Source: Tubiluchus corallicola (lineage: Eukaryota > Animalia > Priapulida). Taken from it: a stretch of 64,000 nucleotides of DNA. The DNA lies in the NCBI GenBank assembly GCA_030141605.1, contig JAQGDQ010000197.1:248001-312000 (forward strand), written 5' to 3'. The notes under the pieces were generated by a model that saw nothing but the letters and a program-made list of their open reading frames with translations, searched no databases and was not told the DNA's origin. Within the stretch, counting starts at the first letter, position 1; every line of letters starts with the position of its first letter. The position numbers and the translations under genes were made by a program. This document shows, one piece after another, positions 1 through 10,849 of this stretch.

Positions 1-194
1 TCAAAAAAATTGTCGAGGAATGCTTAGACCGTGGTTAGGGCAGCAGTACAGTAAACAAATCTCCTAAATGTTTTAGCGAATGCGTGATCTGTTTTACGTG
101 TTCTACAATACAGGTGAAATGCGTAACGTTTACTGTTTGTGACTGTTTAAATTGTGCTGGGAGTAACTGTTTAATTTTAGCTAGTACTCCTACT

Positions 195-304
195 CCATGG
201 GGCACAGACGTACGCAAAACCGTACTGAACATGGCTATATAATTTTATTGTTTACTTTTTGCCAATATATAAATGTATATAATTTTGTGCCTAATAAATA
301 GTTA
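195..304 (+). mobile_element. Probable 3' end of a non-LTR retroelement (stem-loop, AATAAA, then a (TAG)n tail)
   Basis: Hairpin ccatg..gtacg-caaaac-cgtac..catgg at 195-234 and AATAAA at 293-298 directly before the (TAG)n tract; this layout is typical of CR1/L2 LINE or SINE 3' ends. Confidence 0.4.
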
Positions 305-339
305 TAGTAGTAGTAGTAGTAGTAGTAGCAATAGTAGTA

Positions 340-435
<96 letters not shown>

Positions 436-445
436 CAGTAGTAGT
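305..445. repeat. (TAG)n microsatellite
   Basis: Near-perfect TAG run; explains the poly-S/V/Y ORFs at 273-557. Confidence 0.98.
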
Positions 446-1173
446 GTTTTTGTACATACACGACACTATGTGTTACTGATGATTTGTATGGATTTGTATT
501 TAGAACTGGTACTGCTTTTATACTGCAATTGTTGTTATTGCCGGCTGTCAACTTCATCAGTGCCAGTTGTAGTAATGATGATGGCTTGTTTTGGTAAACT
601 TTGTGGTTTTTACTATGCCTTTTACTTGTCTAGCTATGTGACAAAGCTTTATCTTTTCCCGTAGTAGTTATGGCATAATGTTTGATATTTGCTAGTGGGC
701 GTTATTCACAAGCTGTTTACACTGTATCGTTTAAATGCATACTAGTGCGTACATTCTGACATCATCACGTGTTTCTAATGGTAGGTAATGAATTATGACA
801 AGTGAGTTTATAAGTGAAATTAATAAAATACCGCAATGGTATGATGCTTCATATTATTGCCACTTACGTCTACACATCTCGTTATTTACATACTGTGACA
901 CCTTGCTATTTTACATTAAAATGGCATCATGCACACTTTTCTAACTTGCTTTGCAATAGCTTTTAATGTTGGTGATATTATGAATCTATAGAAGCACAAA
1001 GTTTGGTAACAGAATAGCTATTTGATTTATTGAATTAATGTTATTACGGTGGAGTTTCCACGAATTAAGCCTTGTTTGAAGTTGACGATTTGTGTGTACT
1101 AAGCAGTTAACACCACTGAATCTTGCTGTTTGTTATTCTTAGTCTTACAGGTACAAAAACATTGATGAGATGA

Positions 1174-2133
1174 ATGATGTCTCTCCACAACAGCAGTGAT
1201 GCAAACCTTTTAACAAACAATGAAACTGCTATTACATGCATTGCTACTACTTGGCTAACTTCATTGATCTATGATGTGCTGTATCAGTTTTTGAGCATTG
1301 GCAAATTGCATTTGTAATATAGCTATTTTGAAATTTCGTGATCTACAGACGACAAGTAACTTATTCGTGTGCAATCTCTCTGTCACAGACCTGCTCATGG
1401 GTATTTCGCTGCTTCGCTTGCTATATAGAAACCTATGTACTTTGTTTAGCACAAAACAACTAACGGAAATATATGTTGGCATGTATGTCGTAATACAAGC
1501 ATTAGGTGGAGAATCTGTTGTTATGCTGCTCCTCGTGACAGTGGATCGCTATGTGGCGATTGTTTATCCACTGCAATATCATAACATTATTAAACCAGTG
1601 AGGGTGAAAAGGGCTATAGTTCTTACGTGGTTATACTCTTTTTTTGCTTGGGCAATTTATTGACGACATATAGAGGTGTTGAAATACCTCTGCAGCACTG
1701 CGGATTTTTACAAATTATAGATGATACTGGCGTGTACATAATTGCAACCCATTTTCTGTTCATTGTGTTGATAATGTTAACAGCTTACTTACAAATCATG
1801 TCAATTGCACGTAACCATTTAGTTAGGATTTCTCAAGCTATGCATCAAGATCTTACACTCTTACAATATGTAAAGCAAGCAAAGATTATGTTTATTGTTA
1901 TTGGTACATTTGTTATCTGTTGGTTGCCTTTTAATATTGTTGTCATTGTCCACAAAGCCAGAGTACACGAACAACATCAGTTTGCCAGGGACTTTACCTA
2001 TTTATTGGTAATTATTATGAATTCATTGTATAATCCATTAATTTACTCATGGAAAAACAAGAATTTGAGAATTGCTATTCAACACATGTTGTGCTATAGA
2101 TCTGGTCAGCCTGCATTTGCTGAAGAATCTTAG
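1174..2133 (+). pseudogene. Class A GPCR pseudogene, paralogue of 5866-6834
   Basis: Starts MMSLHNSSDANLLTNNETAITC; a net 11-nt deletion in TM1 gives TAA at 1315-1317; ORF 1298-1663 carries NLSVTDLLMG and DRY; +2 T in the T7 run at 1639-1645; ORF 1627-2133 carries CWLPF and NPLIY. Confidence 0.92.
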
Positions 2134-2255
2134 TTTAAATAGCTAACTTATATTGTTCTTATTGTTCCATACAAGTCGTGTTGGATCCAGCAAATGATTA
2201 GCAAAGAAAATTCTTGGTCTTGATGTGGCAATGCATAACCCATGTATCTAGATTT

Positions 2256-2745
2256 GAGGAGAGGGCTGAAACCTATCTTATTCGAAGTGAGATCAGCTGT
2301 GAAGAAACTAGAGAAGATCTGAAAAGACCGAGCTCTATCTATCAACCTAAAATTAGACATATTCTGGAAAACTGCCTTCCCTATGCGTCAGAATCTTGGG
2401 TATTGAGAAAAACAGAAAGGGACAAAGCTGGCCCCTTATAGTTATAAATGGTTATTTGGGATAATGGAGAGAAAAGAAAACAGAACAATTTAACCAGTCA
2501 TTTCTATTATTCTAGCTGGACAGGTTCGTTATGGGGACATATTATTTGTGTATCCAAACTGGATGGCTAATTGGAAAAGGATATTTTGTTGAAGAAAACT
2601 CTAGGTACTAGCAGACAAGGAAGACCAAGAACTCAGAAGATAGATCAATAAAAAAATCTGGTTGTTGTGGATTACTATAGGAGATGTTGGAAAAGGCAAA
2701 AGATAAACAAGTGTGGAGAGAGACAGTCTGCAATATCGGAGATGT
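2256..2745 (+). mobile_element. RTE-clade LINE 3' fragment, decayed
   Basis: Broken frames read KKLEKI*KDRALSINLK, YASESWVLRK, GHI, LEKDILLKKTLGTSRQGRPR and AKDKQVWR, matching the RTE ORF2 C-terminus; absent from the paralogous position after 6955. Confidence 0.8.
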
Positions 2746-5700
2746 ATCGTAGTATTGGTGCTTTGGAAGCAATATGTATGAATGCTCTTTGATTTAAGAG
2801 CAAAACTAACTATCAGAGGGGTTAATTATAACCGATTCCAATTTTAGTTAATTATTGGTATCAGTAGTACTGGAAGTCCATCCTGCAATATAACTACTTT
2901 TATCAAGGTTTTGTTGCCTTTAATTTTTGTCCATGCACATTAACTCTCCATAATTTTAAAACTAGTGTACAGGCTAAGGGGTCTAGATGCAGTGACATCT
3001 GGCAGCATGAGCTGAATACGAGGTTTTTAAAGCGTTTTATATGTGAATTTCTTAGCGGATAAAAGCACTTTGCTGGTATTACTTTGAGTCTGAAAGCATG
3101 GATGCAAAAGAATATTCCATTCACTTTTGTATAATTGCAATGAATTATTATTGGTCAAGTGCATCGGTTAATCGGTCCAGCGGTTAAATCGCTGGATTGC
3201 CTAATTTTTAAATAACTGTCACTAAAGCACGAAAATTGAGGTCACCAAAGCATTAAAATTTGCCGAGTACCGCTGGAAGATGAAAATTAGCAAAGAGATC
3301 AAAGAAATTTATTTTCGAAAAACACGCCGCATTATCTTTGCAATGATTAAATCAAGCTTGGAGTGATAACCATGCCAGGCTATTCTAACTATTCCAACTC
3401 TGACTACGTACATTGAAAACTGCTTAAGCGTGGAGGTCAGTCCGGTAGCCAACCGATATTCTGTCATTAGGAAAAGTCTAAATCTGTTGTACGTTTGTGA
3501 AATCATCAATGTCAACCTATCACCAAAATATAAAACTTGTAGAAAAATTCTTTCTCGAGGTCTTTTATTCATTAACAGTGATATTTTAATAGAATTATAA
3601 TTCTTTTCATTTTACAAAATACAATCATATACTTTAAGATTTCTTCTCAAATGATGTGGTGTTTTACATTATGAACCAGCAGTTGTCGCTTTATCACATT
3701 TTGGCAGCCCTCCACTATATCCTCCACATATTGTCCCAGCAGCTATAATACAACGTAAAGGTTAAACAATCACAATGTGCCTAACCACTGGCAATTACAG
3801 CAGCCATAGCAAACTCCATAAGAGTTCACCAATGAATGTTCTAACAGTCACTTTTGGTAAAGTAAAATTCAGTTGACTGTGACCATGACAGGTGTGCAAC
3901 TACAATATCCTATGCAATACTGACATCTTGTAGTATTGCCCTAAATGGGAGAAACCTGCTAGCTACTGATGGCAGCTAAAGGGCAGTGATCATCGTAGCT
4001 AAGAATAAGTAACGGAATAGAACTATATTTTCTTGAATTTATTATCACTGGGTATACTTTTATTCAATAAATTAAAATTCAAAAATTGTCATTTTTTTGC
4101 TCACATCTTGTATTACTGATTTAGATTATTCTTTGTTATGATGTTTGTTATTTTACCAAGCAAAATTCCAAAAAAATAGATTAATAGTCATATATAGTAT
4201 TTTCATGGAATTTTATTGGAAAACTGGACTTCTGTGGTATATTAACGATGGCTTTTTATTAATGCCAGCTTTCGCTTGAGTGATGCCAGTTTGGAATCAG
4301 AAAAATGATAATTCAAAAATAGGTGAAAAAATGATTTTAATTTTGTGAAAGAATATGTAGCTTTGCCATAAGAAACACTGGATAGATGGAAAATAAATCT
4401 AAATTGTACACAGCAAAAGCAGATAGCAATACTATAAGAGAACAGAATTTAAAAATAATAAAACTTTTATTATCAATTAGAACACTACTAGCAAAAATGA
4501 GAAACTGAGAATGCCAAATTGATCATTAAAAAACATTTTTTTAAATCCAATCTTTTTCCAATCCTAAAATTTAAATCAGGATGCAGAGATCACATCTGAT
4601 GCCAAAGAATCGAAGAATCAAAAGTAAACGTTTCTGCAGCAGAAATTGAATCTCTCGTATTATTTGAAGAAGTTTCGGCTTAATTCTTAGTGTGAGCTTT
4701 TCAAAGAGTACAAGAAAAGATGCAATTTTCTTTAGTCGGCGTTTACATGTCGACCCCATGGTAGCCTGCTGTAGACTGAGTCACGTCCATGTCTCACCGT
4801 GTAAATAGCCCCTTAGAGTTACATGTTTTGTGCAGTTCTCAGGGTATGCCAAAAATATTTACATTTTAACAAAAAGAACGTCATTTTGCTACAATTTCAA
4901 CCACAATATAAGTTCATTCAGTTCTTTCTGATGGACCTAAGTAATTAGGAATTTGCGAAGCATGTGTATTGACAAGATAGTAGCCGCAAAGGTATGAACT
5001 GCTAAAATAAGTTTAAGATTGAATTTCCAGAGGAAAAGAAACAACTCATTTAATCAACTTTGCATTACAACATTGACCACATGAAATTGCTTAATTGTTG
5101 TGGTTAAGCCATTGAAATGCTTGGTCTTCTTCAAGGATAGGTAAGAAAGTAATCTGGAAATCGAGGGACACTGCAAATTTACAACTGGCAAGCACTAATC
5201 TAATTTTTCACACAAGAACAAATTTACCCTTCATGGAATTCGCGAACTGTTTAAATTAACATAAATACAAACCATTCAGTCTAACGAAATCATTATTACA
5301 CCAGGGATAAAATAATTAAAAACACGGTTTCTGACAGTTTCGTATTTGCTAATGCCATTACATATACATACTGTTTGTACATAAATGGTTATTATTAGTC
5401 TTTTAGTACATACTCTGACAGGTTTTTAATTGAAGCTAATGCATTCTCACAAATGTTTTTATACTTAAAATTCACAAAATGCGGCACTAGCATGATGACT
5501 AACATTATTGCTGTGTTTATCTATGCATAAAAACTATACGTTATTTACACTTTGTGAGGAATGGCTACGTTGCATTAAAGCGACTTTTCACCGGCTTCCT
5601 TTGTTTGCTGTTACAATAGCTTTTGGTATATAATGCGATGTAATGAACTTACAGAAGCACAAAGTCTAATACTGCAGATTAACGAATCTGCTTCATTATT

Positions 5701-5865
5701 GGCTTATTATATGTGGTGTAAATGATCCATTTTGCTGGCAAGTCTACTTTTTTGAATATCTTTATTGTTGTGGTGGCGTTGTTATGAAGTTTTATTTGAA
5801 GTTGACATTCTGTAGTACACAATAACACCATAGTTCTTACACCTGAAAGAACACAGATGCTATAA

Positions 5866-6834
5866 ATGACGTCATTCCACAATATTACAGAAAACTTTTT
5901 AACAAAAAATGAAACTGTTGCTACACGTGCTTCTGCTATTTGGCTGCCTCCATTGTTCTATGAGGTACTGTATTTCGCCCTTTGCACGGGCATAATTATT
6001 TTGAATTCATTTGTCATTATGGCCATTTTCAAGTTTCGTGACCTACAAACCACAAGTAACTGGTTCGTGTGCAATCTCTCTGTCACAGACCTGCTCATGG
6101 GTGTTGCAATATTGCTACTTGAGTCATTGCATAAACAGAGAATCACACTGCTTACTGAAAAACAACTGCATGGAATGTATGTTGGCATGTATGTCATAAT
6201 ACAAGCATTAGGTGGAGAATCTCTTGTTATGCTGCTCCTCGTGACAGTGGACCGCTATGTGGCGATTGTTCATCCACTACAATATCACAGGATTGTTAAA
6301 CCAGTGAGGGTGAAAAGGGCTATAGTTCTTACATGGTTATATTCGTTTTGCTTAGGTAACTTATTGACGCCATACAGATGTAATGAAACACAGTTGCAGC
6401 ACTGTGGATTTTTACAAATTATAGATGATACTGGCATGTACGTAATCTCAACCCATTTTCTGATCATTGTGTTCATAATGTTAACAGTTTACTTAAAAAT
6501 CATGTCAATTGCACGTAACCACTTAGTGCGGATTTCACAAGCTATGCATCAAGATCTTACTCTTTTACAAAATGTAAAGCAAGCAAAGATAATGTTCATT
6601 GTTATTGGTACATTTGTTATCTGCTGGCTGCCTTTCAATATTGCTGGCATTGTCCACAAGGCGACAGTGTATAAACAATCTCAGTTTGTTAGAGAACTTA
6701 TCTATTTTTTGGTAATTATGAATTCACTGTGTAATCCGTTAATTTACTCCTGGAAAAACAAGAATTTGAGAATTGCTATTCAACACATGTTGTGCTGTAG
6801 ATCTGGTCAGCCTGCAATTACTGAAGTACCTTAG
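5866..6834 (+). CDS. Intronless class A (rhodopsin-like) 7TM GPCR, 322 aa, ligand unknown
   Basis: N-terminal sequons NIT and NET; seven hydrophobic segments; TM1 LNSFV, TM2 NLSVTDLLMG, TM3 VDRYVAIVHPLQY, TM4 Trp, TM6 FVICWLPF, TM7 NSLCNPLIY, helix 8 followed by CC. Confidence 0.95.
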   Translation: MTSFHNITENFLTKNETVATRASAIWLPPLFYEVLYFALCTGIIILNSFVIMAIFKFRDLQTTSNWFVCNLSVTDLLMGVAILLLESLHKQRITLLTEKQLHGMYVGMYVIIQALGGESLVMLLLVTVDRYVAIVHPLQYHRIVKPVRVKRAIVLTWLYSFCLGNLLTPYRCNETQLQHCGFLQIIDDTGMYVISTHFLIIVFIMLTVYLKIMSIARNHLVRISQAMHQDLTLLQNVKQAKIMFIVIGTFVICWLPFNIAGIVHKATVYKQSQFVRELIYFLVIMNSLCNPLIYSWKNKNLRIAIQHMLCCRSGQPAITEVP

Positions 6835-7266
6835 TTTAAATATCTAGCTTATGTTATCATTATTGTTTAGTAAAAGTCATGTTGGATCCAGTAATTAACA
6901 AAGAAAATTCTTGGTTCTGGATGGGGCAATGACATAGCCCATGTATCAAGAATTTAAAAAAAAGTGTTGTTGCTGTCTCTAGCTGATACATTTTCTACTT
7001 TCCTGGTGTCTGTTTACGCAAATCAGATTTATGACTTATGAAGGAAAGGATTAGACAGATTTTTGAACAGAAGAGACGAAAATAAGACGAAAACTGGCGA
7101 AGACTGGCTGCTTGCCAACTGACCAGTAAAGCAGCTTGGGTCAAGATTACAGAGAAAGGACGAGTTCGCCTACTGAGAACTTCTTCGTTTAAGCTAATTG
7201 ACTGTTAGGTGCAAGTGGACTTCGTAGGCTCACATTAGACTTAGAAGAGGAGAAGCACCATATCTC

Positions 7267-7297
<31 letters not shown>
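7267..7297. repeat. (CAA)n microsatellite
   Basis: About 10 CAA units. Confidence 0.95.
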
Positions 7298-7298
<1 letters not shown>

Positions 7299-7796
7299 AA
7301 CTACAGTTATTGTAGAGCTTAGCATGGTGCATGATCTTCTTAGCGATTTTAAAATTGATTCCAATGTGTAATAAATTATTGTTACCAGCACTACCAGAAA
7401 TCCAATCTGAAATAAAGCTATTCCTGCCGAGTTTTGTTTTCTTTAGTTTTATGTTCATGCAAATTATTTCTCAGTAACTTTAAATCAGGTGAAAAAGCGA
7501 TCTGGCTACAGTCACATCAGGCAACATGATTTAGATGCACGTCTACTTGTCGCACTTATCCCGTTACACTATACTTTAGGGCGCCTCCTCTAGACCCTCA
7601 GCATAATACGACCTAAAGGTCTACATAATTGCAATGCATGCAAGCAAGCAACACAGGGACACAACTGACTATATAACGGTCTAATAAAGTAAGCTGCAGT
7701 TTCTTGTGAGCAGGACTGTTCTACAGCCATACGATATCCCATCTCATGCAATAAAGACACCATGTAGTACTGCCTTAAATGAGTGAAGCCTGCTAG

Positions 7797-8292
7797 ACAT
7801 GGACATGGACATAGACATGTTTATTGATCTCTTCTAATGTATATTTACATAAAATACACAACTGACTAAACATGTGAAATTACATGAAAGTAAAAGGAAG
7901 AAAATATATAATCAAGAAGTGATTAAATGGATGCAAGAGAAAGGGTAGCGAAAGACCATTAGGTCATCAAGTCAGCTACCCTTCTTAGATTAGTAAAATA
8001 AAAAACTATATGATCTGCAAAATTACTAGAAAAAATAACAACAACAACAAAAACAGCGATGAAGTCAAATTTAAGGAAGAAAAGATACAAGAAATAGTGT
8101 ACAGTTAACCTATATAACAATAACGTATATACAATAGTGCATATTTATTTTATTTAGTGGTACGTCTAGTGTTAGTAAATAATATGGTAGACATGTATTT
8201 TGTAAACATTTAACTTTTAAACATTTACAGGTGCGTCTTAAGTGTACGCTTTATTTGAATATGTAAATAAATATAATCCTATCAGCGAGCTA
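7797..8292 (-). mobile_element. 5'-truncated non-LTR retroelement 3' UTR insertion
   Basis: The minus strand ends in AATAAA plus a (CATGTC)-like repeat tail; stem-loop aagggtagc..gctaccctt at 7941-7983; flanked by ctag (7793-7796 and 8293-8296); empty site cctgctagctactgatg at ~3955-3971 in copy 1. Confidence 0.72.
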
Positions 8293-8387
8293 CTAGCTGC
8301 TGATGACTGCTAATACGTCTGTGACTCGCATAGCTAAAATCAAGTAACAATATAGGATTAGTTACTTTTTAATTTATCGTTCTTTGG

Positions 8388-8443
8388 CACTGTTTAAACA
8401 ATAGTATTGCATATCGTATTGTAATACTATTGTTTAAACTGTG
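8388..8443. repeat. 56-bp hairpin insertion (24-bp arms, 22/24 complementary)
   Basis: cactgtttaaacaatagtattgca-tatcgtat-tgtaatactattgtttaaactgtg; absent from copy 1 near 4045. Confidence 0.85.
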
Positions 8444-8487
8444 TCTTGGGTATGGGTATGTATTTTCAGTCAACAATTCAAAAATTG

Positions 8488-8783
8488 AATTATCCAGATA
8501 CATGAATTATACAGAAATTGACAATTCTGTTACTACTAATATAATGGTTTGTTTGTTTGTGGAGTGTTAAATAGTTTCATACCAATCAAGATATGTAGGC
8601 TGTAAGGTAAATTGTTAAATTATTTATGTAAAATTATATCATAATAAAAATATCTTTTGGCTATTACATACTGAATTGTATTTCGATGTTGTTTTTGAAT
8701 TCTGGTAAATTTCTTTGTTGTAGATGTCTTAATAATGAACAGTTTTGTTCGAAACCGGTCGGCAATAAATTCGATTTTGATGT
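8488..8783 (+). mobile_element. 296-bp insertion, probably a Penelope-like element end with a degenerate hammerhead motif
   Basis: Flanked by 13-bp direct repeats aattcaaaaattg (8475-8487, 8784-8796) that are single in copy 1 (4076-4088); ends with tgtc-ttaataa-t-gaaca-gttt-tgttc-gaaaccggtc-ggc-aataaa. Confidence 0.7.
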
Positions 8784-9515
8784 AATTCAAAAATTGTGCA
8801 TTTTTTGTTTCATTTTTATTTGATGCTACAAAAATTTAAATTCTTAGATCATAATTTAGATTATTGATTTAAGTTACTCTTTGTTGTGACGTCCATCAGT
8901 GTGATCGATTTATGTGTTTTTATAGAAAGAAATCCCGATAGTGGATTAATATTCATGTACTAGTTTGTGAAGAATCCAACTTTAGCATATCAATCACTTA
9001 GATTTAATGACAAACTTATAGGCCTGTCACTACAACAGCTAGCATCTACATCATGTTTTCCTCATTTATTAACCATTAGAGCTGCATGTTTCGTGTATTT
9101 TCCAGCGTATGTAAATATTTGCATTTTGGAGGAAAAAACGTCGTTCTGCCACAATTTTAATTACATTATTAGTTTATTCAGTCCCTGCTGCCGGCTATCA
9201 TTGATTGAGAATTTACGATGTGCACGTATCGACCAGACGGCAGCCGCAAAGGTGCTAGGATAAGCTTAAGATCGAATTTCCATAGGAATGGAAACAGTTC
9301 ATTAAATCAACTTTGGGTAGCAGAATTGATCAAGTGAAAATTGCTTAACTGTTATGGCTAATTCGTTAGAATCTTGTTCTTCAAAGATAAGCGAAAAAAT
9401 GCAAATTTCTAAACCGCATGCAACATTTTCTGTATTCGCTATGACATCTGTGTTAGTACTTAGTTTTGTGCACTGCAGCATGATTGTAGCAAGTGTACAA
9501 ATCTGAGCAATAATA

Positions 9516-10699
9516 CTGGGTGTCAGTAGCGGCTCGTAGCTAAAATTAGCGGGGGTACTACTTCAGAAAATTTTTAGCCATTGTTTTAATACTGTGTAAA
9601 ACGTAACAAACGTATGCAATTTTAATGTTGTAGTTATATTTGGAGATCAGGTGCTGGACGGCCTCTTTTCTTAACTACAACTTTCTCATGGAGAGGCAAA
9701 TGTGAAAAATTAAACTGTTGTAGTTCACTTACAATCACAGAACTTATTTCTTGTGGATGCAAGGCATCCATTATTAAATAATTTATGATTTAAGCGCACA
9801 CCCTAGGTTTACACTTCATTACATCCAAGAATATGACGGTACACGGTACACACGTGGCAATTGTTACTGTGTTAGAGACAGTACTTTTCTACCTAGCAGC
9901 AGACGCTAGCGCTACAGCGTGTAATCTCAGACATGTGCGTATGGCCGCATGTGCACAACAGCCAAACACCACGTTGCTTGTGCTGAGAAGCAAATTGTAC
10001 TTCCCTCATCTGCTCGGGTTCTGCACAAGTATAAAAAAGAACTAAAAAAACTTATTATATTGCAGATTATCAATAATAATGAGTGAAAGCAAGGGGTGCT
10101 GCAGTACCACAATACCTATACACAAGCCGCTACTGCTGGATGTCCCAGAAAACACTATACACTTTACATTTTCTATGTTTTTTAACCCAGCAAAATGCTT
10201 GAAACTAGGTGAACTGAAGCCTTTATTAATTATTTTAGTCAAATTTGATAAAAATTTGAAAAGAAAAACTACACTCAACAGGCTTTTCTATTTTCGCTAC
10301 CTTCTTCAATTATTATCAATAATGGAGTAAACCCAGAAAGCTCTCCGGAGCTTTAGAGACCAACCAATGGCAAAACGGTTATCTTGCACTGAGAATGTTT
10401 CTGTGAGCGGTGACGAAAGACGACATCTTGTTGAAAAACTACATTGCTAACAGTGAGAGAACAGTGTGGTCCATAAAGTGCTCTCTCTGAATTTTCGCCG
10501 AACTTCAGTTATTGATAAAAAGACCCCCATGCAAAGACAATTTTGTACCTCATTTCTAATGTTACCGTCATCGCCAGTCAAAAACTGAATGAAAAGAATT
10601 GCCCGAACTTTTAGTTCACCTGTACTCATTTTTAAACATTTCGCTTTGTATGTTAACAAATGCAAATGCAAAATGTATAGTGACTTCTGGGACACCGTG
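9516..10699. mobile_element. Tc1/mariner-like MITE with TA target duplication; left TIR split by a hAT MITE
   Basis: Reconstructed left end ta-ctgggtgtcccagaaaacactatacactttacattt matches the reverse complement of the right end, ta-cacggtgtcccagaagtcactatacattttgcattt. Confidence 0.8.
9524..10135. mobile_element. hAT-type MITE
   Basis: Perfect 11-bp TIR cagtagcggct/agccgctactg; 8-bp TSD ctgggtgt (9516-9523) and ctggatgt (10136-10143). Confidence 0.88.
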
Positions 10700-10849
10700 T
10701 ATTCATGTATCATCTGGAAAACTAGCTGCCTGAGCGAATAATAGGATTACTGAGAGTACAGACAGTGTGCATTATCTTACTATGTACTGTAATTGTTTGT
10801 GTCACAATAAATAAATATTATTTGAAATAAATCTACATACTAGTTTAGC

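Larger units (their letters stand above)
700..9400 (+). repeat. Head-to-tail tandem duplication, ~4.5 kb unit (copy 1 ~700-5200, copy 2 ~5350-9400), one GPCR copy per unit
   Basis: Collinear non-coding homology: ~820-1010 vs ~5480-5670 (e.g. agaagcacaaagt), 2134-2255 vs 6835-6955, ~3900-4150 vs 7720-7796 plus 8293-8900, and ~4810-5150 vs ~9075-9400. Confidence 0.88.

Noticed and set aside
273-557. Poly-Val/Ser/Tyr ORFs
   Set aside because: Translations of the (TAG)n microsatellite.
4260-4815. Possible PIF/Harbinger MITE private to duplication copy 1
   Set aside because: The right end (gtgtaaatagcccc-tta) looks plausible but the left TIR match is too weak to call.
5958-6476. Antisense and alternate-frame ORFs over the GPCR (also 1261-1482)
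   Set aside because: Shadows of the real coding strand with no independent motifs.
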